Assembly: GCA_951812535.1 (NCBI GenBank)
Contig: CATOSK010000004.1
Location: forward strand, 277,074-301,073
Length of the DNA: 24,000 nucleotides
Direction: 5' to 3'
Source: an uncultured Dehalococcoidia bacterium
GTDB taxonomy: Bacteria; Chloroflexota; Dehalococcoidia; Lucifugimonadales; UBA3495
A program made the translations under genes and the position numbers. Below are positions 7,872 through 14,997 of this stretch, piece after piece. The notes under the pieces are model-generated. The model did no database searches, was not told where the DNA came from, and saw only the letters and a program-made list of their open reading frames with translations. Numbering within the stretch: position 1 is the stretch's first letter; each line of letters opens with the position of its first letter.

Positions 7872-7904
7872 CCAAAGGGAAGGGCCTCCTCCACCCTCCG
7901 GCCC

Positions 7905-8267
7905 TCAGGACAAGGGCGACAACAAAGCTTCGACCTTGTTCACGAACCGTTCGATATCCCGAAGTCTTGACTTCACAAAAGCTTCAGGGTACCAATTTTC
8001 ATAGAAATTGGTGTGAAGATCCCCGGCGGCTCCGAAGAGAGTGCCAAATTCGGAGTCGCCGGTCTCGTTTTCCAGGTTGTTGACAGCAGCGTACAAGGAG
8101 CGGTGGCTTTGGTGGTTCCAGCCCCGCTCAGCCGCAACTGCCTTCACGATGGCAGCAGCAGCCCCCCAACCCTTTTCGGAAGCCTGTGCCAAGTCAACCT
8201 CGAGTTCGACAGAAGCCTTGGCCAGGAAATCCCTGCTTCGCTCCCGGTATGTCGTTGCTTGCTGCAT
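7905..8267 (-). CDS. PaREP1-like / HEPN-superfamily-like small helical protein
   Basis: 120 aa. ASEKGWGAAAAIVKAVAAERGW...SHRSLY...AGDLHTNFYENW resembles the PaREP1 family pattern from memory. RBS AAGGAAAGAG. Codon usage is visibly less GC3-rich (GCT, GAA, AAT, TTT) than in its neighbours. It is the last gene of the HpaB-VOC transcription unit. Confidence 0.5.
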   Translation of the reverse strand: MQQATTYRERSRDFLAKASVELEVDLAQASEKGWGAAAAIVKAVAAERGWNHQSHRSLYAAVNNLENETGDSEFGTLFGAAGDLHTNFYENWYPEAFVKSRLRDIERFVNKVEALLSPLS

Positions 8268-8293
8268 TTACTCTTTCCTTACAAGGGGGGAGC

Positions 8294-8773
8294 TTAGTCG
8301 CCGGCGACGGTGATAGGTTCTTCGAGCTGGCGGGGGAAGTTGCCTTCGAAGAGGCCCTTGCCTTCGCGGCGGTCCCACTGGGCGCTGGGGAGCTCGTAGT
8401 AGACCTCGATCTCGTTGTCGTCGGGGTCCAGCAGGTAGACGCCCAGGGACAGGCCGTGGTCCCCGATGCGCTGGATGCGGACGTTGTTCTCCTTGAGGCG
8501 AAGGTAGAGCTCCTGGAGGTCCTCGAAACTCTCCATCTGCCAGGCCATGTGGGCCTGCCCGACCTGGGAATGGTCGGGGCCTTCGGCGTCCATCCCGATG
8601 GCGCGGATGGCGAGCTCGTGGGACTTTTCGGTGTCGGCGGACATGAAGACGGTGCCGCTGGGAGTCCGTTCCATGATGGTCAGGCCCATGACCCGGGTGT
8701 AGAAGTCGAGGGAGCGTTCCATGTCGCGGACGCGCATAACCAAGTGTCCCAGCCTCATTGGTGTGTAGCCCAT
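8294..8773 (-). CDS. VOC (glyoxalase/bleomycin-resistance/extradiol dioxygenase) family protein, single-module
   Basis: 159 aa. MRLGHLVMRVRDMERSLDFYTRVMGL, AHMAWQM and YLLDPDDNEIEVYYE provide the His/His/Glu metal-ligand pattern of extradiol dioxygenase-type VOC modules. RBS AAAGGAGGA. Confidence 0.85.
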   Translation of the reverse strand: MGYTPMRLGHLVMRVRDMERSLDFYTRVMGLTIMERTPSGTVFMSADTEKSHELAIRAIGMDAEGPDHSQVGQAHMAWQMESFEDLQELYLRLKENNVRIQRIGDHGLSLGVYLLDPDDNEIEVYYELPSAQWDRREGKGLFEGNFPRQLEEPITVAGD

Positions 8774-8835
8774 GGTCGTTCCTCCTTTGATCCACGCTTA
8801 ATTTGCGTTCCCCAATTATATCTGCCCCAACGGCG

Positions 8836-10290
8836 TTATTCGTCAAGGTCCAAGAAATCGCGGACTTTCTGCTTGAAGGGTTCCTTGTCGTAGTTGGTGT
8901 AGAGGGCCAGGGCGTTGCGGACCGGGTTGCCGCCGAACATGCGCTCGTAGAGGACCTGACGCCCACTGAAGGCGCTGCAGGAGGCGTCCCAGGCCAGGTG
9001 GAAGAGCCTGGCGCGGTCGCGGGCGTTGGTGGTGTCGGTGGCGAGGTACTGGTCCACTTCGGCGGCGATGCCGGCATCGAAGTCGGCCTCGGCGGGGAGG
9101 GCCATGAGGCTGCTGGTGCCCAGAAGCTGGATAATCTCCACCATGCGGGGGTAGATGGAGCGGCCGAAGAGGGTTCGGCCGGCGCGGATAGGGGGCAGGG
9201 CGGGGCTCATCACGCCGTAGCGGTTGGGGGCGGCATCGGCCTCGGCAGCGCGAAGACAGGCGCGGAGGGTGTCCCGCTGGATGATAAGCTCGGCCACCTG
9301 CTCCTGGACGTGGGGGATGGTGCCGGAGCCGAGGGTGTCCACGATGAGGTCAGCCAGTCCCAGCATGAATTCGGCCTTGACGAGGCAGCGGGTGAGGACC
9401 TGGTGACCAGTGTGGGCGTCGGAGTTGGTGCCCTGGGCGTATCCATTACAGAGCTCGACGTTGCCCAGGAGGAACACGCGCTCCCAGGGGACGAAGACGT
9501 CGTCGAAGAAGACCACCGAGTCCATTTCCTCGAAGCGGGATCCGAGGGGATGGTCAAAGCGGGAACGGCCAAGGTCGAAGCTCTCGCGGCAGAGGAATTT
9601 CACACCGGGCGTGTCGCAGGGGATGGAGAAGGAGAAGGACTGGCGGTTGTCGGTGTCGGCGAGGCGGTGGGAGGCGACGGGGTAGATGGCTATCTCGTCG
9701 GAGATGGGGCCGAGGGTGGCGAGGACGCGGCTGCCGCGGACAACGATCCCGGAGTCGGTCTCCTTGACAGCGGTCAGGGCTACGTCTTCCGTGAGGGTGT
9801 CGGCGGGGTTGGATGTGCGGCGGCGCTGGAGGTTAACGAGGGCGTGGGTTAAGGCCACGTCGTTTTCCCGGAGGAACTCGTGGTAGTTGACGACGTTTTT
9901 CTCAAACTCGGGGCGGTCCTGGGCGAAGTAGCCGGAGGCGCCGGCCCAGGAGGAGAAGATGACGTTGAGGAAGTCGGGGGAGCGGCCCATCATCCCACAG
10001 CTGGCCCAAGCCCACCTGGTCATCATGTGGCGGCGGCGTTCCAGGTCATCCATAGTGCGGGGGATGAGGTAGGAGAGGCCGACCGAATCGCCGGTGGATG
10101 GGGAGGCAAAAGTCATCTCCTCGGCCATCACCGGGTCATGCTGCATGTCGTAGAGGGCGGCGACGGACAGGACGCCGTTGCGCAGGCCGGGGTGGGTGGT
10201 CACGTCATCCACCCGTTCTCCGTCGATCCAGACTTCGCGGGGGTGTTCCTGGAGGCCCTTGATGTATTCGGCTCCGGTTCTGGCCGGCAT
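8836..10290 (-). CDS. 4-hydroxyphenylacetate 3-monooxygenase oxygenase-component family (HpaB-type two-component flavin monooxygenase)
   Basis: 484 aa. The N-terminus, ARTGAEYIKGLQEHPREVWIDGERVDDVTTHPGLRNGVLSVAALYDMQHDP, closely matches the HpaB-family pattern. RBS GGAGGTG lies 7 nt upstream. Confidence 0.9.
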   Translation of the reverse strand: MPARTGAEYIKGLQEHPREVWIDGERVDDVTTHPGLRNGVLSVAALYDMQHDPVMAEEMTFASPSTGDSVGLSYLIPRTMDDLERRRHMMTRWAWASCGMMGRSPDFLNVIFSSWAGASGYFAQDRPEFEKNVVNYHEFLRENDVALTHALVNLQRRRTSNPADTLTEDVALTAVKETDSGIVVRGSRVLATLGPISDEIAIYPVASHRLADTDNRQSFSFSIPCDTPGVKFLCRESFDLGRSRFDHPLGSRFEEMDSVVFFDDVFVPWERVFLLGNVELCNGYAQGTNSDAHTGHQVLTRCLVKAEFMLGLADLIVDTLGSGTIPHVQEQVAELIIQRDTLRACLRAAEADAAPNRYGVMSPALPPIRAGRTLFGRSIYPRMVEIIQLLGTSSLMALPAEADFDAGIAAEVDQYLATDTTNARDRARLFHLAWDASCSAFSGRQVLYERMFGGNPVRNALALYTNYDKEPFKQKVRDFLDLDE

Positions 10291-10500
10291 GGAAGTTCAC
10301 CTCCGACGGAAGAATGGGGAAGCTGGGAAGAGCAGCCCTTGCCAGGATTTCCGAAGGCTGACGTTGCGCCCAAGTATATTACAAGGCGTGCGGGGGAGAT
10401 ACCTGTAATGGAGCTGCCAGTGGAGGCGTTCGTTGACACGATACGGCCCCTCCCATACCATCCGTCAAACGCTAATGGGACGGACGTCACCGAGGTCTTT

Positions 10501-11607
10501 GTGAAGGCATCATATTTCGCCTGCATGGGGTACGCCAACCGCCACGAGTTCCCTCCGGACTGGCCGGTTCCGGCCGCGCACCAGGACCCGGAGACCACCA
10601 TGCGCAGCTACGACGAAGGGATGGCCGAGTGCGAGTTGGCGGAAGCGGTGGGATTCGACTGGATCAGCCTGTCGGAGCACCATTACTCGGGCAACCGGAT
10701 GACGCCGAATCCGGCGGTGATGGCGGGAGCGGTGAGCCAACGGTGCACGAGGGCCAAGATTGCGCTGCTGGGGCAACTGCTTCCGATTATCAATCCGGTT
10801 CGGGCAGCTGAGGAAATCGGGATGCTGGACAACCTGACGGGCGGGCGGCTGGTGGTGGCGTTCATGCGGGGGGTTATCAGCGAGGACCAGGTATACGACC
10901 TGAATCCGGCAGAGGGCCGGGAACGTCTGACGGAGGGGATGGACCTGGTCATCCGGGCGCTGACGGAGCCGCAGCCTTTCTCGTGGGAGGGGCGACATTA
11001 CCGCTACCGGACGGTTTCGGTGTGGCCCAAGCCGGTGCAACAGCCCATGCCTCCGGTGATAGTGGCGACGCGGAGCGAGGACGCGTTCCGTTACGCCGCC
11101 GAGCACCGGCTGGGGATCGGGGTGTCCTACGACTCGGTGGAGGACACGGCGCGGGTGACGGACAGGTACGTTGAGTTGTGCAGGGAAGCAGGGTGGGAGC
11201 CGTCGTCAGAGCAGATCGTCTACCGGGGAGGGATCTGCCTGGGAGAGACGGACGAGGAAGCACAGTCCCTTCTGGAAAGCCTGGAGGCCAGGGGAGTCCA
11301 GCGGGGGCTGGCCGTGGGCGCCAACCTGACGCGGGCGATCCAATCGGCGCGGGCGGGAGAAGCGTTTGATGGGCAGCGAGTGTTTGGAGGGGACCCGGCA
11401 GTGCGGGGAGGACGCGGGTTGCGGGGAATGGTGGGATTTGTGGGGAGTCCCGAAACGGTTGCCAAGCAGTTGCAAGCGTTCCACGACCGTTGCAGAGTGG
11501 GTGTGGTTGATCTGGGTTTCCAGCAGCCGGGCATCCCCCACGAACGCGTGATGAGGGAAATTGACCTGTTCGGGCGGGAAGTCTTGCCGAGGATGAGGGA
11601 GTTCTGA
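10501..11607 (+). CDS. Luciferase-like (LLM class) flavin-dependent monooxygenase/oxidoreductase, copy 2
   Basis: The GTG at 10501 (VKASYFACMGY...) aligns residue-for-residue with MKASYLGAMGY of copy 1 and gives exactly 368 aa. GAGG lies 5 nt upstream. The alternative start ATG 10408 (RBS GGGGGAG) would add 31 aa. The ORF-track start at 9880 is antisense to the HpaB gene and is rejected. Confidence 0.85.
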   Translation: MKASYFACMGYANRHEFPPDWPVPAAHQDPETTMRSYDEGMAECELAEAVGFDWISLSEHHYSGNRMTPNPAVMAGAVSQRCTRAKIALLGQLLPIINPVRAAEEIGMLDNLTGGRLVVAFMRGVISEDQVYDLNPAEGRERLTEGMDLVIRALTEPQPFSWEGRHYRYRTVSVWPKPVQQPMPPVIVATRSEDAFRYAAEHRLGIGVSYDSVEDTARVTDRYVELCREAGWEPSSEQIVYRGGICLGETDEEAQSLLESLEARGVQRGLAVGANLTRAIQSARAGEAFDGQRVFGGDPAVRGGRGLRGMVGFVGSPETVAKQLQAFHDRCRVGVVDLGFQQPGIPHERVMREIDLFGREVLPRMREF

Positions 11608-11645
11608 GTTCCGATCTCTTTTCGTACGACCTGACGGAGGTGATG

Positions 11646-12521
11646 ATGGCCGACTTCAAGCAGGGTAGAGTGAAAGCCAACGGGATCAATTTTCACTACC
11701 TGGAGATGGGTGAGGGACCGCTGGCGCTGTGCTTCCATGGGTTCCCGGACCACGCGTGGTCGTTCCGTCATCTTCTACCCGACCTGGCTGACGCCGGGTT
11801 TCGGGCGGTTGCGCCGTTCATGCGGGGATATGCTCCCACCGAGGCGCCCGAAGACGGCCGATACCAAGCGGTGCTGATGTGTTACGACGCGCTGGGGCTG
11901 ATTGACGCCCTAGGAACGGAAGATGCGGTCCTGATCGGGAACGACTGGGGAGCTGGGGCGGTCACGGGGGCAACGGTCCTGGGACCCGAGAAGGTCCGCA
12001 AGCTGGTCATCCTAGCGTCAGGCAGGGTGGACCACGACCTGCAGATGAGCTATCAGTACCTGAAGGGAACGTGGCATTCCTACTTTTTCCAGCTTCCGAT
12101 GGCGGAGGAAGCGCTGGCGTACAACGACTTCGCCTTCGTGGAAGAGTGGTGGCGGGACGCTTCCCCGGAGTGGGACATTCCGCAGGAGTCGTTAGACAGC
12201 ATCAGGGAGACCTTTCGGAAGCCCGGGGTTGTGGAGGCGGCGCTGGGTTACTACCGGGCACGGTACAATCCGGGACTCCAGGAGCCGTCAATGAAGGAAG
12301 CGCAGGAACGGGTTAGTGCCGGTCCGGTAACGGTGCCCACGCTGGCGTTGCACGGAACGCGAGACCGTCCGCGGCGGCTGGATGCTTTTAAGAGCGAGGC
12401 GATGGACCGGTTTTTCACGGGGGGACTGGAGAAAGTAATCATCCCGGGGACTGGGCATTTCATGCACCAGGAGAAGCCGGAGGAGGTGAACCCCAGAATC
12501 GTGGAGTTTCTAACGCGGTAA
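11646..12521 (+). CDS. Alpha/beta hydrolase, epoxide-hydrolase / haloalkane-dehalogenase-like (Asp nucleophile)
   Basis: HGFP oxyanion motif (LCFHGFPDHAWSF), nucleophile elbow LIGNDWGAG and catalytic His in GTGHFMHQEKPEE. Three in-frame starts are possible: GTG 11640, ATG 11643 and ATG 11646. The GGAGG at 11636-11640 favours 11646. Confidence 0.85.
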   Translation: MADFKQGRVKANGINFHYLEMGEGPLALCFHGFPDHAWSFRHLLPDLADAGFRAVAPFMRGYAPTEAPEDGRYQAVLMCYDALGLIDALGTEDAVLIGNDWGAGAVTGATVLGPEKVRKLVILASGRVDHDLQMSYQYLKGTWHSYFFQLPMAEEALAYNDFAFVEEWWRDASPEWDIPQESLDSIRETFRKPGVVEAALGYYRARYNPGLQEPSMKEAQERVSAGPVTVPTLALHGTRDRPRRLDAFKSEAMDRFFTGGLEKVIIPGTGHFMHQEKPEEVNPRIVEFLTR

Positions 12522-12533
12522 GAAGAAGGGTCT

Positions 12534-13283
12534 CTAGTCTTCCAACTGGGCGAGCTTTTCCTGGAAGAGGGTGATGGAGCGTTCCTCGGGGACGCCGGTG
12601 AAGAAGCGGAGGCCCTGGACGTATTCGAGGACTTCGCGGGGAAGCATGAAGAGGTCGTCGCGCGGGCCGGTGGCCTTGTAGAGGTTGTTGATCCAGTCTT
12701 CCTGCCCGACGAAGAGGGCGTCCTCAAGAACCACCCGGTCCTGCCGGTCCATGTCTTTGGACATCATCCAGCGGGAGAAGACGAAGGGGAGGCCGGTCCA
12801 CGAGTTCCATTCCTCGCCAAGGTCGTATCGGTGGGGGTAGCCGCGGTTGCCGCGACGGCGACGCAGGGCGGAATTGCCGGTTAGAAGGACAGCTTCGTGT
12901 TCGTCTTCCTCGCCGACGAAGGCTTCGGGACGGACACCGTGTTTCTGCTCCAGCAGGACGCGCAGAAGGGCGATGGATGCGGAGTCGACGCTGCCGACGG
13001 CGATGCGTTCGCTGCCCAAGGAAGCGATGGGTTCCCTGGAGTAGAGGAGGCTAAAAGCCGAGGAAGTCACCGAAGCCACGCAAAATCCGTGGATGGGAGC
13101 AGCCCGGTCTTCGATCCCGGGCAGGTCCACCAAGGGGACCGGGCCAGCGTGGATTTCTCCACTCTCCAAGGCCTCAGCAACGGCGTTGGGTTCCAAGCGG
13201 ACGAGCTCGATGCCGCGGCGTTCCATGTCATAGTAGAACGCCTCGCATTCCAGGTTGGGTATCTGGGCTACCCTGGCGGGCAT
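12534..13283 (-). CDS. MqnA/MqnD (VitK2_biosynth, periplasmic-binding-protein-like fold) family protein, chorismate-dehydratase-like
   Basis: 249 aa. YDLGEEWNSWTGLPFVFSRWMMSKD, LLTGNSALRRR and EVLEYVQGLRF match the futalosine-pathway MqnA family pattern from memory. Confidence 0.6.
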   Translation of the reverse strand: MPARVAQIPNLECEAFYYDMERRGIELVRLEPNAVAEALESGEIHAGPVPLVDLPGIEDRAAPIHGFCVASVTSSAFSLLYSREPIASLGSERIAVGSVDSASIALLRVLLEQKHGVRPEAFVGEEDEHEAVLLTGNSALRRRRGNRGYPHRYDLGEEWNSWTGLPFVFSRWMMSKDMDRQDRVVLEDALFVGQEDWINNLYKATGPRDDLFMLPREVLEYVQGLRFFTGVPEERSITLFQEKLAQLED

Positions 13284-13325
13284 GGTTAAGGCGGCTCCTT
13301 GAGGCTCCTTGAATTGAAGCTCCGG

Positions 13326-13751
13326 TTATGATCCGACAGCCGGGCGGGCCGAAGGGGGAGGTTCGTCGAAGGGTTGGTTGTTAGCCAGGGCTGAGTCGCG
13401 GCGCTTGAGCCAGGCTTCCCATAGGGCGTCGCGTTCGCGGCGGCCTTCTTCCCGGCCTTCTTGGCGGCCTTCTTGGCGGCCTTCTTTGTAGCGCTTTGCC
13501 TTGTATCTTTCCGCGAATACCATTATTACCTCCCGGTAGGCAAGGATCGCCACCGCAAGCGCGATGGCCGGTCCTACCCATCTAATTACGGCAGCGGCTG
13601 TTTCCAGTGGGGAGTCGGAGCCGCGATACCAGACCTCGTACCAGACAGCTGCGGCCATGAAGGCCGTAACCAGCAGGACGGAGGCTACCAGGTAGGAGGT
13701 CTCGTGATCTCGGAACAACGCTTGGTCAGTATAGTTGGACGGCGGGTTCAT
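13326..13751 (-). CDS. Small membrane protein (2 predicted TM helices) with charged EGRQ-repeat tail
   Basis: The start is taken at ATG 13751 (MNPPSNYTDQ...). There are two hydrophobic segments (YLVASVLLVTAFMAAAVWY and WVGPAIALAVAILAY), followed by KEGRQEGRQEGREEGRRERDALWEAWLKRR...PFDEPPP. The upstream part of the track ORF (to 13865) is R/C/W-rich and overlaps a hairpin. Confidence 0.55.
   Translation of the reverse strand: MNPPSNYTDQALFRDHETSYLVASVLLVTAFMAAAVWYEVWYRGSDSPLETAAAVIRWVGPAIALAVAILAYREVIMVFAERYKAKRYKEGRQEGRQEGREEGRRERDALWEAWLKRRDSALANNQPFDEPPPSARPAVGS
13442..13489 (-). repeat. In-frame 12-bp tandem repeat x4 (GGCCTTCTTGGC-like), encoding (E/Q)EGR x4
   Basis: The units are 13442-13453, 13454-13465, 13466-13477 and 13478-13489. 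The two central units are identical. Confidence 0.9.
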
Positions 13752-13752
13752 T

Positions 13753-13798
13753 GTACAGCGAGCACCGTACAGCGAACACCGAAGGATGCAGCGAACCC
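13753..13798 (-). repeat. Tandem 14-bp repeat x2 plus a degenerate third copy, directly upstream of the membrane-protein ATG
   Basis: GTACAGCGAGCACC (13753-13766) and GTACAGCGAACACC (13767-13780) differ by one mismatch. A partial copy TGCAGCGAACCC lies at 13787-13798. The repeat unit on the minus strand is GGTG(C/T)TCGCTGTAC. Confidence 0.8.
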
Positions 13799-13877
13799 GG
13801 AAGGCCCCGTCCCACACCAACCAAGAAGGCCCCCGATTACTCGGAGGCCTTCCCATAAGGTCCAATCCGTTGGTTGC

Positions 13878-14915
13878 TTACAACCGGGGTCCCATGAAGG
13901 TGGCGGTCTGCTTACGGTAGACCTGGATGCGGTTGCGGGGACCCTCGCAGACGTAGACGGTGTTGGTGTCGTCCACGACCACACCGCTGGGAGCCCAGAA
14001 GTCCTTCTCCCGTTCGAGGCCCTGGGCCCGCTCGCGCTCGCCCCACATTTCGGGGTTGGCGTCGAGCTTGTCCTTGGCCCACTTGGAGATACCGGCGTCG
14101 CCGGTCTTCGTGGCGGCGTAGTTTCCGTCGGGATCGAAGATCACGAGACGGTTGTTCAGCCAATCGGCGACATAGATGATGCCGTCGTTGTCGACAGCAA
14201 CGTCGGTGGGGCGATTGAGCTGTCCCTCGCCGTCGCCGGAGGAACCGCACTTCATCAGGAAGCGGCCTGCGGAGTCGAACTTCTGGATGCGGTCGTTGCG
14301 CCAGTCCGCGACGAAGATGTTGCCCTGGTTGTCGATGTCGATGCCCCAAGGCATGTTCAACTCGCCGTCGCCGTCACCTAAGCTGCCGAACTGGGACAGG
14401 TACTGGCCGTCCCGGGTGAATTTCTGCACCCGGTGGTTGTGGCTGTCCACGACGTAAACGTTGTCGTCGGCGTCGAAGGCAATGCCCGACGGGTGGCTGA
14501 GCTCGCCGTCGCCGCTGCCGGTCCTCTCTTCCCACTTGCCAAGGTACTCGCCGTCGCGGGAGAAGATGGAGATGCGGTTGATCCATTCGTCGGCGATGAA
14601 GACATCACCGTTGGAGGCGATGGCGACGCAGGTGGGCCAGACGAGGGAGCCGTCTTCGAAATTGTACTCGTGGGGTCCCTGCTGGGCGACGCCCCGTGCA
14701 AAGGCGTTGACGTACTCCTCATCGGTCGTGCATACGGTGATGCGGGTGCCCTCGGGGCGGTACTCAGAGGAGCGGCAGACAACGTAGATCAGGTCATCCT
14801 CGCCCCTGGCGAGGTGGATCGGGTAAGTGAAACCCGGCCCGAACTGCTCACCGCGGCCGATGGTGTGACTGTACTGGAGCTGTACGTGGGATATTCGTGC
14901 TGGAGTGGTGACCAT
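13878..14915 (-). CDS. NHL-repeat six-bladed beta-propeller protein (copy B), no signal peptide
   Basis: 345 aa. Blades include LNMPWGIDIDNQGNIFVADWRNDRIQKF, LNRPTDVAVDNDGIIYVADWLNNRLVIFD and LSHPSGIAFDADDNVYVVDSHNHRVQKF. RBS GAGGTG lies 5 nt upstream. Confidence 0.85.
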   Translation of the reverse strand: MVTTPARISHVQLQYSHTIGRGEQFGPGFTYPIHLARGEDDLIYVVCRSSEYRPEGTRITVCTTDEEYVNAFARGVAQQGPHEYNFEDGSLVWPTCVAIASNGDVFIADEWINRISIFSRDGEYLGKWEERTGSGDGELSHPSGIAFDADDNVYVVDSHNHRVQKFTRDGQYLSQFGSLGDGDGELNMPWGIDIDNQGNIFVADWRNDRIQKFDSAGRFLMKCGSSGDGEGQLNRPTDVAVDNDGIIYVADWLNNRLVIFDPDGNYAATKTGDAGISKWAKDKLDANPEMWGERERAQGLEREKDFWAPSGVVVDDTNTVYVCEGPRNRIQVYRKQTATFMGPRL

Positions 14916-14997
14916 ACATTCACCTCATTATTGGTTGGAGCGGCACCGCTGGTGCGAGTTGCCCTGCGATAGCCGCCCTCATTCGTCCGGATATTGC

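Noticed and set aside
7881-7905. Possible bidirectional terminator between hydrolase-1 and the PaREP1-like gene (AGGGCC ... GGCCCT).
   Set aside because: The stem is only 6 bp, the loop is 13 nt, there is no clean U-tract on either strand, and it overlaps the stop codon. It is too weak to call.
7991-8012. 8-bp inverted repeat ACCAATTT-N6-AAATTGGT inside the PaREP1-like gene.
   Set aside because: It lies within coding sequence (TNFYENWY), and the symmetry is explained by the codons AAT TTC TAT GAA AAT TGG. Nothing indicates a regulatory role.
10331-10380. Promoter-like elements in the HpaB / LLM-2 divergent region: TATATT at 10375-10380 (+) and a TGGCA-N-TGCT sigma54-like string (minus strand, 10345-10331).
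   Set aside because: No acceptable -35 lies at 16-18 nt from TATATT. The GG-to-GC spacing of the sigma54-like string is 2 nt too short. Both are left uncalled.
9880-10500. N-terminal extension of the LLM-2 ORF, which gives 575 aa in the ORF track.
   Set aside because: The extension is antisense to the HpaB-family gene and has no LLM homology. The paralog alignment and RBS support a start at GTG 10501, or at most ATG 10408.
13442-13489. Short tandem repeats (12 bp x4 here, 15 bp x4 at 23215-23274, 14 bp x2 at 5898-5925) considered as CRISPR or other arrays.
   Set aside because: The units are directly adjacent with no spacers and are too short. Two of the three are in-frame coding repeats. 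These are not CRISPR.
13752-13865. Upstream extension of the small membrane-protein ORF (TTG 13865 or ATG 13856).
   Set aside because: The extension is R/C/W-rich, spans a hairpin and the tandem repeats, and has no RBS. ATG 13751 gives a sensible N-terminus.
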